A DNA stretch of 64,000 nt, taken from positions 32,001 through 96,000 of the forward strand of contig CAVZPM010000001.1 in assembly GCA_963777155.1 (NCBI GenBank). Direction: 5' to 3'. The notes below the pieces were generated by a model that was given only the letters and a program-made list of their open reading frames with translations, did not search any database and had not been told where the DNA came from. The translations under genes were made by a program, and so were the position numbers. Shown here in pieces: positions 1 through 9,656 of this stretch (position 1 is the stretch's first letter; each line of letters starts with the position of its first letter). Source of the stretch: Candidatus Bathyarchaeota archaeon (GTDB lineage: Archaea > Thermoproteota > Bathyarchaeia > Bathyarchaeales > Bathycorpusculaceae).

Positions 1-969
1 ATGGCTGGCTCCAAACATGCAATAGCAGTTAACACTGGCACCGCTGCACTCCACGCCGCTGTGATGGCTATTGGTGTGAAGCACGGGGATGAAGTTATTT
101 TGCCTAGTTTCACTTTTGTTGCAACCGCCGAAGCAGTCGCGTTGGCAGGGGCTAAACCAGTTTTTGCCGATATCGATCCAAAAACTTACAATTTGGCGCC
201 TTCAGCGGTGGAGAAGGCATTAACCAAAAAAACCAAAGCCATATTGCCGGTGGATTTGTATGGTTTTTCAGCTGAAATGAAGCCGCTGCGGGAAATTGCT
301 GATAAGCATGGTTTGGGTTTGGTGGAAGATGCTGCTCAAGCTCATGGAACAACATATGTGAGAAAACCTGCAGGTGCCTTTGCGGATGCCGCTTGCTGGA
401 GTATGTATGCAAGCAAAAACATTATGACTGGTGAAGGGGGCGTCGTAACTACAAATAACGACCAAACCGCTGAGACGATTCGCATGATTAGGACACATGG
501 AGAAAAAGCCAAGTACGCCTCGCTTATTCTTGGAACTAACTATCGTATGTCGGAGATCCAAGCTGCTATTGGCAACGTACAGCTTGAAAGATTAGGCGAT
601 TTTGTTTCTAAACGACGCCGAAATGCGCAGCAGCTGACAAAGCTCTTAGAGAAAAGTAGCAAACTCATTTTGCCTCATGAAGCAAAAGACAGGCAGCATA
701 GCTGGTACCTGTACACTGCACGACTAAAAGATGGAACAGAAATCCAGCGCAACGCGCTTTTGCAGGAGTTCAAGAACAAAGGGATCGGCGCAGAAGTATA
801 CTACGTTAATCCAGTGCATCAGATGCCGTTTTACCGAGAAAACTTTGGAAGTTCCAAACTCCCAGAAACGGAGAAAGCTTCAAAACAAGTGTTCTCACTG
901 CCAATTCATCCTGGAGTCTCTGAGGAACAAATAAGGTTCATAGGGGAAACAGTTCTAAGCCTCCTTTAA
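1..969 (+). CDS. DegT/DnrJ/EryC1/StrS family PLP-dependent sugar aminotransferase (5' end probably outside window)
   Basis: Motifs NTGTAALHAA, LVEDAAQAHG, SMYASKNIMTGEGG (PLP Lys), GTNYRMSEIQAAIG, LSLPIHP. Confidence 0.92.
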   Translation: MAGSKHAIAVNTGTAALHAAVMAIGVKHGDEVILPSFTFVATAEAVALAGAKPVFADIDPKTYNLAPSAVEKALTKKTKAILPVDLYGFSAEMKPLREIADKHGLGLVEDAAQAHGTTYVRKPAGAFADAACWSMYASKNIMTGEGGVVTTNNDQTAETIRMIRTHGEKAKYASLILGTNYRMSEIQAAIGNVQLERLGDFVSKRRRNAQQLTKLLEKSSKLILPHEAKDRQHSWYLYTARLKDGTEIQRNALLQEFKNKGIGAEVYYVNPVHQMPFYRENFGSSKLPETEKASKQVFSLPIHPGVSEEQIRFIGETVLSLL

Positions 970-1074
970 ACAATTTTCCGCCAAACTGATGTAGTGTAAG
1001 AGTTAAATTGCTCTTCACGTACTATAACGTCTGATTTGCAGTAATTATTGGGTTTTCTTTAAGAGGTATGAACA

Positions 1075-1462
1075 TTGAGTAATGAAGAAGGCGTTTCCCG
1101 CATAAAGATAAAGTTTCTAATTGAAGGCTTAGGTGAAGCTGAAGGCGAGCTTGTAAGGTTTCTTGCGCCAAGAACGATCGACACAATTGTCCGCAAGCTC
1201 CCACTAGAAGGTCGAGCTGCAATCTGGAAAGAAGAAGTCTACTTTGAAATCCCCATCAAGATGGGGGAAGAAAAAGCCAAACCAACCGTGGAACAGGGAA
1301 CGATTGCTTTCTGGCCCATGGGAGGCGCTTTATGCGTATTCTACGGCAAAGTCTCAGCCCTATAGTCCAGTGAGTATTCTGGGAAAAGTTACGACCAACT
1401 TGGAGATTTTTAAGCAGGTCAAGAGCGGGTTAACAATAAAGGTCCAGTTATTAACTGCTTAA
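1075..1462 (+). CDS. Cyclophilin-like fold protein (DUF369/TM1367-like), split by a 1-nt frameshift near 1350
   Basis: W-EEVYF and GTIAFWPMGGALCVFYGK continue as SQPYSPVSILGK in the other frame across an A-run (ggcaaagtct). Confidence 0.75.
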
Positions 1463-1464
1463 AC

Positions 1465-1944
1465 TTAGAAAGCAAGCGAGCTGTCCTTCCACATTTCAAG
1501 CAGCCGTTGGCATTCTTCTTTTATAGTGTTGTCCTTAGTTTTTTCTTTTAGCGCCTGCAAAAACTCTATGCGTTTTGCAACTGAACGTTTTTCTGCGTTT
1601 CCGCCATAATAGAGCTCGCCACCCAAATACTCCTTCATGTGGTAAGCTTTCTGGATAAACAAGCTGGCTGCGTCCACTGGGTTTTCGACTGCGAACTTGC
1701 TTGCCCAGATGGCGACTTCTGTTTCTCGCAGTTGGGTTATGCCGTCGATTTCCTTGATTTCTCTTATATATGCTGCAAAGAAATCGTTGTACTCTGCTGT
1801 TTTGATTAAGTTGAGGGCTTGATTGACTTTATCCTTGAACTCAGGTGTGCCTTCAATTATCAACTTGTGTTTGTAGCCTTGGTCAACAAGTATCTTAGCA
1901 TTTTTTACTTCTTCTGTAGTATAAACTCTATCTGGAAAACTCAA
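1465..1944 (-). CDS. Hypothetical protein
   Basis: 159-aa ORF with protein-like composition, co-oriented after rps25e. Confidence 0.7.
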   Translation of the reverse strand: MSFPDRVYTTEEVKNAKILVDQGYKHKLIIEGTPEFKDKVNQALNLIKTAEYNDFFAAYIREIKEIDGITQLRETEVAIWASKFAVENPVDAASLFIQKAYHMKEYLGGELYYGGNAEKRSVAKRIEFLQALKEKTKDNTIKEECQRLLEMWKDSSLAF

Positions 1945-1999
1945 TTAGACGACTCCAAAATATTCAAAAAATTAATTGAAATAAGGTTAAGCTTGGCAG

Positions 2000-2329
2000 T
2001 TATGCTGCAGGCTTGTAGATTTTGATGTTGTGGCTGCCGGAGACGAGTTGTACTGCACCATTTGCTTCGAGCTGTTCTAGAAAATCCTTGGCTGCACTTA
2101 TACGTATGCCATAGCGTGTTGCAACTGAGTAAGGTGTTAACACACTCATCTTTTTAATTTCAGCTATGTTTTTGCCATCTTTAGCATCTGGAACCATTAT
2201 TCCAACGGTTGTTTTTCTTTGTGGAGGTCCAGCCTTCTCTTTCTTCTTTGCTTCTTTCGCTTTGTCTTCGTCTGTCTTTACCTGCTGCTTCTCCATCTGC
2301 TTTATGCCGAGCTTCTTTTTTCCACCCAT
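2000..2329 (-). CDS. rps25e: 30S ribosomal protein S25e
   Basis: Basic MGGKKK N-terminus; LTPYSVATRYGIRISAAKDFLEQL winged-helix pattern. Confidence 0.9.
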   Translation of the reverse strand: MGGKKKLGIKQMEKQQVKTDEDKAKEAKKKEKAGPPQRKTTVGIMVPDAKDGKNIAEIKKMSVLTPYSVATRYGIRISAAKDFLEQLEANGAVQLVSGSHNIKIYKPAA

Positions 2330-2361
2330 AACTTTTCACTTTAGTTCTTTTATCTGCATTT

Positions 2362-3852
2362 TTATTGCGGTTGGCTTATTTCAACCTTATGTTGCACTTT
2401 CCAATCTTTGAGTGGAACGCCAAGTTTCTTTTCCACTTCAGTCCGGTGGATGGAGTTCATTGTACAGAAGGGTATTATTCGTCCATCTGGGACAGCGTAG
2501 TGGATGCCGCATCTCTGTACTCTTTCGAGGTCAAAGTTGTAGGGATCCATGAAGTGCATTGATGAAATCATGAGTGCGCTGCGTGCGAAGTCACCTAGTG
2601 ACTGATAATCGCCATCCATTAGGACTTTTAGCACATATTTGCGTAGGAAGCCAAATTTGATGTGGCGAGCAGAACCAACTAATCTGATTTTAGCTTTGCT
2701 CTTGTTTCCTTTTGAGGCATCTTCGTAGACACCTTTTAGGGAAGCAACAAATTTTTCTATGTTGCCATACCGGGTTATCGGGGTAATTTTACCGTTCTCA
2801 ATGAAGACGAAGGTTGCCATTCCGCAATGTTGATGTACTGTGAATTCAACGTAGCGCTTGCCTTTAAGTTCGCCGACTGCTTTGGAGACTGGTACAACGA
2901 CTGGAACTGGGTAGAAGTCTGAGACTTTAATGTCGCCTTGGGTTTGCTCTTCGACTAAATGCATGAAATCAGGGATTGTGATGCGCATTTTTTCTCTTTC
3001 TTGCTGGGGCAGTCTTCCGCAGAGGGAAACTGGTTGAACGTTGACGCAGCGGATGATGTCATTGTTTTTGGCTGCGAACTTTATGATGTCTCCTAGTTGG
3101 CTGTCGTTGACGCCTTTAACCAGGGTAACTACCAGCACCATGCTTGTGAAGCCGGCTTTGCGCAGATTCTCAATTGCCTTCATCTTGGTTTCAAGGAGGT
3201 CTACTCCTCGGATGAAGTTGTAAATGTCAGAGGTTAAGCCGTCAAATTGCAGGTATACAGTACTGAGGCCTGCTTCTTTGAGTTTTTTGGCGTATTCAGG
3301 ATCAGCGGCAATCCTTAAGCCGTTGGTGTTGACTTCGACATGTTTGAAGCCAACCTCTTTGGCTTTGCGTATGAAATCAAATAATTCATTGCGGATGGTT
3401 GGTTCTCCACCTGAGAACTGTAGTGCTGTTGCAGGAACTGGTTTATTGTTATGGAGGTTCTCCAGCATACCTGTGACTTGTTCAGCGGTTGGTTCATAGA
3501 CGTATCCGGCTGCGGATGCGTTTGCAAAGCAGACTGGACATTTCAGGTTACACCGATTTGTGATGTCGATGATTGCAAGAGAAGTGTGAGATTTGTGTTC
3601 TGGGCATATGCCGCAGTCATATGGGCAACCCAGCTTTTTTTCGGTGCGAGGGTTTTCGATGCCGTCGCCTACCCATCGGTATTTTTCAGCACGCATGTAT
3701 TGGTCGTAGTCTGACCAGTAAAGTTCTTGGCATGGTCCGTGGTCTGGACATGTTTTTTTTATGAAAACTTTTCCTTCATCCTCGTAGATGGTTGCATCAA
3801 GAGGCTTAAGGCACTCAGGGCAGATGCTTTTTGTTGATTTGATATCTTTCAT
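2362..3852 (-). CDS. tes: Tetraether lipid synthase (Tes/GDGT-MAS, MJ0619 family radical SAM)
   Basis: N-terminal CPEC...CPDHG, CPYDCGICPEHKSHT, CNLKCPVC radical SAM motif, HCG, C-terminal CGIHYAVPDGRIIPFC. Confidence 0.85.
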   Translation of the reverse strand: MKDIKSTKSICPECLKPLDATIYEDEGKVFIKKTCPDHGPCQELYWSDYDQYMRAEKYRWVGDGIENPRTEKKLGCPYDCGICPEHKSHTSLAIIDITNRCNLKCPVCFANASAAGYVYEPTAEQVTGMLENLHNNKPVPATALQFSGGEPTIRNELFDFIRKAKEVGFKHVEVNTNGLRIAADPEYAKKLKEAGLSTVYLQFDGLTSDIYNFIRGVDLLETKMKAIENLRKAGFTSMVLVVTLVKGVNDSQLGDIIKFAAKNNDIIRCVNVQPVSLCGRLPQQEREKMRITIPDFMHLVEEQTQGDIKVSDFYPVPVVVPVSKAVGELKGKRYVEFTVHQHCGMATFVFIENGKITPITRYGNIEKFVASLKGVYEDASKGNKSKAKIRLVGSARHIKFGFLRKYVLKVLMDGDYQSLGDFARSALMISSMHFMDPYNFDLERVQRCGIHYAVPDGRIIPFCTMNSIHRTEVEKKLGVPLKDWKVQHKVEISQPQ

Positions 3853-3957
3853 TTCATTTTTGCCTTCTTACATGTAAGCGTTAGTTTCGAAGTGCTTAAG
3901 AGGAAAGTTATGATAATAAGGTTTCCAAACGTTTCCTAAGGTGATTGAGGGGAGAAC

Positions 3958-4716
3958 ATGTCAATAAACGAAGATACTCGAGCTGCTCTACGTGAAATGG
4001 GTTTAAATGCTTATGAAATCGACGCTTACATAGTTCTGCTGGAAGGCGGGCAGATGACAGCTATGGAGATCAGTCAACAAGCCACCGTACCTTATAGCAA
4101 AATGTACGAAGTTTTAAACTCCCTCAAAGATAAAGGCTGGATTAAAAGCAGCGAAAGTCGACCATACAAGTATTATCCAGTCCCGCCCTTGGAAGCCACA
4201 CGATTCACTAAGTTGCAGCTAGAAGATAAGTACCTAAACTGGGAAAATACAGTCGCAGAAAACCTCCAACCGCTCTACGAAAAACGGGAACTCATCGAAC
4301 ATCCTGAAATGCTGATTTTACGCGGCCAACAAGCTGTTCTAGCCAAGCTTGAAGAAGTCCTCAAAAAAGCTTCCTTGGAAATTGTGATTGCTGCACCAGA
4401 GTTTGCTAAACCAGTGATTGCTTTGGCTCAACCTTTACTGGGTAGCGGGTTGAAAAAAACGGTCAGTGTTAAGCTTATGGCGGCTGGAAAAAAAGAGGAT
4501 TGGCTTTTCCTAAAAAAATACTCTGGCTTAAACGAACTGCGTTTCCGCGACCATATGTTCGGTGGTGGTGTGATTGCTGACGGTAAAGAAGCAATGCTGT
4601 TTCTTGGAGAAGACAAACCAACCCTTGTCATCTGGAGCAACCACGTCGGCCTAGTTGGGTTCGCACGAGAATACTTCCAATTCCTTTGGGCCTCCTCAGA
4701 AACTGCTATAGCTTAG
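3958..4716 (+). CDS. TrmB family transcriptional regulator
   Basis: GLNAYEIDAY...VPYSKMYEVLNSLKDKGWI...RPYKYYPVPP TrmB wHTH plus C-terminal domain. Confidence 0.9.
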   Translation: MSINEDTRAALREMGLNAYEIDAYIVLLEGGQMTAMEISQQATVPYSKMYEVLNSLKDKGWIKSSESRPYKYYPVPPLEATRFTKLQLEDKYLNWENTVAENLQPLYEKRELIEHPEMLILRGQQAVLAKLEEVLKKASLEIVIAAPEFAKPVIALAQPLLGSGLKKTVSVKLMAAGKKEDWLFLKKYSGLNELRFRDHMFGGGVIADGKEAMLFLGEDKPTLVIWSNHVGLVGFAREYFQFLWASSETAIA

Positions 4717-5053
4717 AAAAAAGGTAAGTTAAGACATCCATTTGTCTTCGAAAGTAGATGTTACGTATTTAGTTTATCGGCTGTTGCCTAAATGGATTTT
4801 TGTTTCCAAATAAACAAGCACGTTAACATTTGCTGCAACTATCCTCTAAAATTCTACAAGCAACATGGAAAAACGTTTCCACAACCACTACTACAGCCAA
4901 ACAAACAATAAAGCTCAAAACACAACCAAAAAAAGAGGTTGTGCCCACAAAAACATTCAACAACAACCATAAAGAAAACCCAAACAAGCCTTGCTATTAT
5001 CGCGAAAATAAACAAAAAAGAAGAAAGGGAGAGTGATTAAGTTGTGAGCTTAC

Positions 5054-5275
5054 TTATTTTCCCATGATTTTTCTAGCGGCGATTTCTATATCTTCCGCTT
5101 TGATGGTTTTTCTTCCAGCATGCATCGCAAAATCGAGTGCTTCTTTGGCGATTTTTACGCCAATTTCTTCTAGTGCCTTTGCGAGTTCTTTTGCTGCTGC
5201 TTCGCTTACTCTGTCAGCGCCTGCTTTCTTACATAATCTGTGCATGGGAGCTACAGCTATTTCTAATTCAGTCAT
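5054..5275 (-). CDS. Archaeal histone (HMf-like)
   Basis: [19 protein letters not shown]...[14 protein letters not shown] histone-fold signature. Confidence 0.95.
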   Translation of the reverse strand: MTELEIAVAPMHRLCKKAGADRVSEAAAKELAKALEEIGVKIAKEALDFAMHAGRKTIKAEDIEIAARKIMGK

Positions 5276-5425
5276 ATCGACATCTCTGCAGCTTCTTTTT
5301 CTCTTTAAGGCAATATTTAATCTTTGTTATCGCTTTTTTCCCTAAATCACCCTTAACCATAAAACATCCATTTAAAGAAAGAAAAATTATAAAACCTTCA
5401 AGCATGAATATAGCGCTGAGCAAAA

Positions 5426-6199
5426 ATGAAGCTAATAGACGCCCATGTTCACCTCTCCGACGCAGAATACGGCGGACGCATCGACGAATTAATAGCGGAT
5501 GCAAAAAGCGCAGGTGTAGCCGCTTTAGTTACCAATTCAATGGATCTAGCAACCTGTCAAAACGACGTTAAACTCGCCCAAACCTACCCTGGCCTTGTTT
5601 ATCCTGCGCTAGGTATTCACCCCTGGAACGTAAACGTTCTCAAAGATGATGAAATTCAAGAAACCATTGACTTTATCCAGAAACAAAGAAGTATCGTTAA
5701 GGCAATCGGAGAAATAGGCTTAGACTATAAGTACGAGACTATATGGGAAAAACAAACGATGGTTTTTGACAAAATGCTTCATCTGGCTGAATCTCTTGAG
5801 TTGCCAGTTATTATTCATTCACGTGGAACAACCGACAAAATCGTTGAAATGCTTCCCAGCTACAAACTCAAAAGGGTGTTGCTACATTGGTTTAGTCACC
5901 CCATGAGTGCACTAGCCAAAGCAGTTGATAACGGATATTTTATCACTGAAGGTCCACCAGTAACCTACTCTAACGGCATCCGCGAAGTCGTAGAAAAAAC
6001 CCCGATAACGAACTTGCTCACTGAAACTGATGGTCCAGTAACTTATTGGAAGCAACCTTTCAATGGGCAATTAACTAAGCCATCCTACATACGAAATGTG
6101 ATTGATGCTGTGGCTGAAATCAAAAAGATGCAGACCGAAGAAGTCGCTGATCAGATAATCAAGAACTTTGAGGTCTTCTTTGGCATAAGAGTAAACTAA
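5426..6199 (+). CDS. tatD: TatD family metallo-hydrolase/DNase
   Basis: IDAHVHL, LGIHPW, AIGEIGLDY, IIHSR, LLHWF, LTETDGP. Confidence 0.93.
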   Translation: MKLIDAHVHLSDAEYGGRIDELIADAKSAGVAALVTNSMDLATCQNDVKLAQTYPGLVYPALGIHPWNVNVLKDDEIQETIDFIQKQRSIVKAIGEIGLDYKYETIWEKQTMVFDKMLHLAESLELPVIIHSRGTTDKIVEMLPSYKLKRVLLHWFSHPMSALAKAVDNGYFITEGPPVTYSNGIREVVEKTPITNLLTETDGPVTYWKQPFNGQLTKPSYIRNVIDAVAEIKKMQTEEVADQIIKNFEVFFGIRVN

Positions 6200-6355
6200 C
6201 AGCTTTAATTTTTTTCTATCAGTTTATCTCGGAGCTTATAAGTCAAATAATCGAGTGTTCAAAGGCGTAAACTTAAATTAAGCCTATCATCTATTGAGAG
6301 TTGCTCCTACGCTTTTTAACGTTGGAGAAAAAACGGTAATTCGGAGGAATACTAA

Positions 6356-6595
6356 CTGGGAAAAGTAAAGACTGATCAGGTTAAGAAACTGGGCAAAGAG
6401 TTGATGAGGCAGTTTCCTAGCAAATTCAACACAAGCTTTGACGACAATAAGCACTCAGTAGATGAGTTAACGAAAGGAACGACAACGCGCATAAGAAACC
6501 AGACTGCAGGTTACATAACACGCACCATCGCATTAGCCCAAGCCAACTCAGCCAATGAATCTGAACTCGACGAACAAGAAGAAATGGCAGAGTAA
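6356..6595 (+). CDS. rps17e: 30S ribosomal protein S17e (probable CTG start)
   Basis: Reads (M)GKVKTDQVKKLGKELMRQFPSKFNTSFDDNK...RIRNQTAGYIT; CTG at 6356 follows an in-frame TAA and a GGAGGA SD. Confidence 0.9.
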   Translation: MGKVKTDQVKKLGKELMRQFPSKFNTSFDDNKHSVDELTKGTTTRIRNQTAGYITRTIALAQANSANESELDEQEEMAE

Positions 6596-6612
6596 GTCTG
6601 GAAAGAAACTCT

Positions 6613-6993
6613 ATGATGGATCAGTACAGGAAGGGTTGGGCGTTAAGGTACCTTCGTGAAGCTAAAGCTGAACTGGAAGCAGCACGAAAAATCCCCTACA
6701 TGGCGCCAAGCCTTGTTGTGGAAGCCATCAGAAAAGCCAGAAACGCCATCTATTATAGCCTTGGCGAACCCGCTTTCATAGAAATACTCATCCGCGAAGA
6801 AGTAACCAAAAACCCTGCCACCAACGATTCAGTATTAAAATTTTTGATTGAGATTGAAACTATTGTACAGCAGATTTCACAGCTTGAAGAAGTCAATGGT
6901 GACGCAATGATGAAACAAGCAGACTCAATCGTGGACATCGCAACTGACATAGTTGAGACCTTAACGCAGGAAAAAATAGAACCCTTCAGTTAA
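6613..6993 (+). CDS. Hypothetical all-helical protein, possibly HEPN-like
   Basis: WALRYLREAKAELEAAR pattern recalls the HEPN N-terminal helix; no Rx4-6H motif seen. Confidence 0.55.
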   Translation: MMDQYRKGWALRYLREAKAELEAARKIPYMAPSLVVEAIRKARNAIYYSLGEPAFIEILIREEVTKNPATNDSVLKFLIEIETIVQQISQLEEVNGDAMMKQADSIVDIATDIVETLTQEKIEPFS

Positions 6994-7041
6994 AGCTATT
7001 TTTAATCGTCCGCAATTATTCTATAGGTTGAGTGAAAACCG

Positions 7042-7326
7042 GTGTCTCTAACAATCAAATTCATCGGTGCACTACGTCACCTTTCAGGAAAAACACAATT
7101 CACAGTCAGCTTCCAAAATGGTCTATCTATAAAAGAATTAATTGATACAATCACCCAGCAAATGCCAGCTTTAAAGCACACATTCAGCGACCAAGAACTA
7201 AACGATTCAAGATCAAATTCGCTTATTCTCATTAATGGCAAAGAAATCAGTATTCTAAAAGGCTTAGAAACTAAACTTTGCGATGGCGACGAAATCGTTT
7301 TTGTCCCAGTAGTGCACGGCGGTTAA
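7042..7326 (+). CDS. MoaD/ThiS/SAMP ubiquitin-like sulfur carrier
   Basis: Beta-grasp pattern, ILINGKEI...L.DGDEIVFVPVVHGG with terminal GG. Confidence 0.92.
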   Translation: MSLTIKFIGALRHLSGKTQFTVSFQNGLSIKELIDTITQQMPALKHTFSDQELNDSRSNSLILINGKEISILKGLETKLCDGDEIVFVPVVHGG

Positions 7327-7329
7327 ACT

Positions 7330-8103
7330 ATGATAACGTTGACCAGTGACTTTGGGCTAAAAGACCCATATGTGGCTGAAATGAAAGGCGTAATTTTAAC
7401 CATAAACCCAAACACCACGTTAATCGACATAACACATGACGTTGAGAAATTCGATATTCGCATGGGTGCTTTCATGCTAGCTTCAGCGGTACCTTACTTT
7501 CCCAAAGGCACAGTACATTTGGCGGTTGTGGATCCAGGTGTGGGAACAAAGAGGCGCGCTATTTTGGTGCAGACGAGGCAGGGTTTTTTTGTTGGACCAG
7601 ACAACGGTGTTTTGATGGTAGCTGCCAAAAACCAAGGAATCGAACACACTTACGAACTATCCAATCCCAAGTTTATGTTGCCCAAGGTTTCAGCAACTTT
7701 TCATGGCAGGGATATTTTTTCTTCCGCAGCCGCATATTTGGATACAGGAGTGAAACCTGTAGAGTTTGGCCCAGAAATAGCTAACAAAGTCATGCCCGAG
7801 TTTGTCCACATAAAAAGGAGGGGCGGCTCTTTAATTGGCGAAATTTTGCATGTAGACAGCTTTGGAAACATAATTACTAACATATCTCAGAAAGAAATAG
7901 CCCGAGCAAAAGCAGTTAATGTAAAACTGGGCAACAGCTCTCTAAATATTGTCTTCGGCAAAACATATGCAAAAACCAAACCCCGAGAAGCCATCGCGCT
8001 AATAGGCAGTCACGGTTTTCTGGAAATAGCTCTAAACCAAGATAGCGCAGCAAAAAAGTTCCGTGTCACAACTGGAGAAAAAATCGAGGTTACGCCGGCT
8101 TAA
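7330..8103 (+). CDS. SAM hydroxide adenosyltransferase (DUF62, fluorinase/chlorinase family)
   Basis: ITLTSDFG, VVDPGVGT, VGPDNG, SATFHGRDIF, VDSFGNIITN. Confidence 0.93.
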   Translation: MITLTSDFGLKDPYVAEMKGVILTINPNTTLIDITHDVEKFDIRMGAFMLASAVPYFPKGTVHLAVVDPGVGTKRRAILVQTRQGFFVGPDNGVLMVAAKNQGIEHTYELSNPKFMLPKVSATFHGRDIFSSAAAYLDTGVKPVEFGPEIANKVMPEFVHIKRRGGSLIGEILHVDSFGNIITNISQKEIARAKAVNVKLGNSSLNIVFGKTYAKTKPREAIALIGSHGFLEIALNQDSAAKKFRVTTGEKIEVTPA

Positions 8104-9080
8104 CTTTCATGTTTTCCACAACTTTCTCTATTATATCCACGGGATTTTCTAATTCCGCAAGTTTTTCTTTTACCTCAAATCGTTTGCCCAAATATTTCTT
8201 TGCGTACGCAAGCACTCTTTGTTCAGTTGTAATGAACAATGGAAAACCCTTCTTTGCCAAATAGGTGTTTACGTAAGTCTTTGCCATGTCAGAGATTGCT
8301 ATGCTAGGAACCCCTTGCAACGCTGCTTCTCTAGCGATCGTTCCACCGTAACTAACCACTAAATCAGCGTTCGCAACCAAACTCGCCGAATCCCCAAAGC
8401 CCGATTTTACCCCGAAGACATTGCCTTTGCCATTGTATCGCTCGATAAAATGTACGTTTCCCATGGACGCAAGCTTATCTATCAAAATCTTTGCGTTGTC
8501 TTGTTTTCCGCCTGCATAAGCCGCTTTTTCTTCTATTTGCCTGACAACTATCAAGGGCTTCTTTAACCCTGCAATTTTTGTAGGCTTAAAATCCTTTATC
8601 CATGCGACCTCATCAACTCCTTTGAAGGAGACCACGTTTCGGGCGCAGTAAGTTCTTGTGAAACTCTTGGGCAACGCCTCCGAAACCACCACAGTATGTG
8701 CAAAAGGTATTGTTAGTCTATTGGTGGCTAAGGCATGGGGTGTGTCAGCGGTCAAGATTATTGGGATTCCTAAGCCGAAAGCTGTGCGGCAGAGTTCAAC
8801 GGATTGGTGCGCGATGGCGATGTCTGGGTCGGGTATCTTTGAAGAGTTTTGCGAATTGTATTATGCGTTCGGCGCTCTCTTCAAGCCTTGAGGTAAGCGT
8901 TAACGGGTTATATTTACCTACAACTATTGGCTTTTCTCCGAGGATTTTTGCAAGTGCTACTGTGTCTGGGTGTTCCCTTGTCGTGAAAATAAATTCGTGC
9001 CCAGCTTTTCTAAGTCGCTTTCCAATTGCAGCGCCATATCGAGTGTGCTTGCCTGTGCATGCGTCATACCAAATTCTCAT
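8090..9080 (-). CDS. DUF354 family protein (GT-B/UDP-GlcNAc 2-epimerase-like), frameshifted near 8826
   Basis: MRIWYD...KH N-terminus in 8796-9080; SYGGTIAREAALQGVPSI in 8090-8755; removing one C in gacccagac restores PDIAIAHQSVEL. Confidence 0.8.
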
Positions 9081-9589
9081 TGTTGCACCTTTCTCTGAGC
9101 CTTTATGAAAGCGTTCCGTTTGGATTCGTATGCCTCTAAAGACATTATCTTTCTAGCGGGAGTTCCAGCCACAACCGTTTTAGGCGGAACATCTTTAGCA
9201 ACAACGCTTCCTCCACCAACCACTGATTTTTCTCCAACTGTTACGTTGGGCAATATGGTAACTCCTCCTCCAATTGTTGCGCCATCCTTGATGATTGGGG
9301 GGTTCAAGACGCTACTTTTCGGGTATTTATCGTTTAGAAGACTGCTGTTTGGGGCTATGAACACGTTATCGCCTAGCACGCAGCCGTTGGAGATGGTCAC
9401 GTGTGCTTGAATGTTGCAGTTCTTGCCCAAAACCACGTTTTTGCCAATGTCAACGAAGCTGCCAATCATTGTGCCATCGCCGATTTTGGTTCCGTCTCCA
9501 ATCACAACGTAGTTCCAGATGGACACTTCTTTGCCAATCTCCACGTTGGTGCCTGTTATGATCCCGGTGCCTTTCTTTGGATTCTGCAT
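9077..9589 (-). CDS. Hexapeptide-repeat sugar N-acyltransferase (WbpD/WxcM-like)
   Basis: IG-x4 repeats, NDKYP, VVAGTPAR; likely start MQNPKK at 9589. Confidence 0.88.
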   Translation of the reverse strand: MQNPKKGTGIITGTNVEIGKEVSIWNYVVIGDGTKIGDGTMIGSFVDIGKNVVLGKNCNIQAHVTISNGCVLGDNVFIAPNSSLLNDKYPKSSVLNPPIIKDGATIGGGVTILPNVTVGEKSVVGGGSVVAKDVPPKTVVAGTPARKIMSLEAYESKRNAFIKAQRKVQQ

Positions 9590-9656
9590 GCTTGTCCTTT
9601 CGAGCTCCAACTTTAAATAGTTTAAGATTAACTTGAACTCTCCAATGAATGGTGGC

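Noticed and set aside
4830-5036. 68-aa ORF
   Set aside because: Low-complexity T/K/N sequence arising from A/C skew; no SD or family motif.
7330-8103. Fluorinase/chlorinase implying halometabolite synthesis
   Set aside because: Retains the Asp/Arg/His pattern (VVDPG, RR, TFHGRD) of the common SAM hydrolase and has no biosynthetic context.
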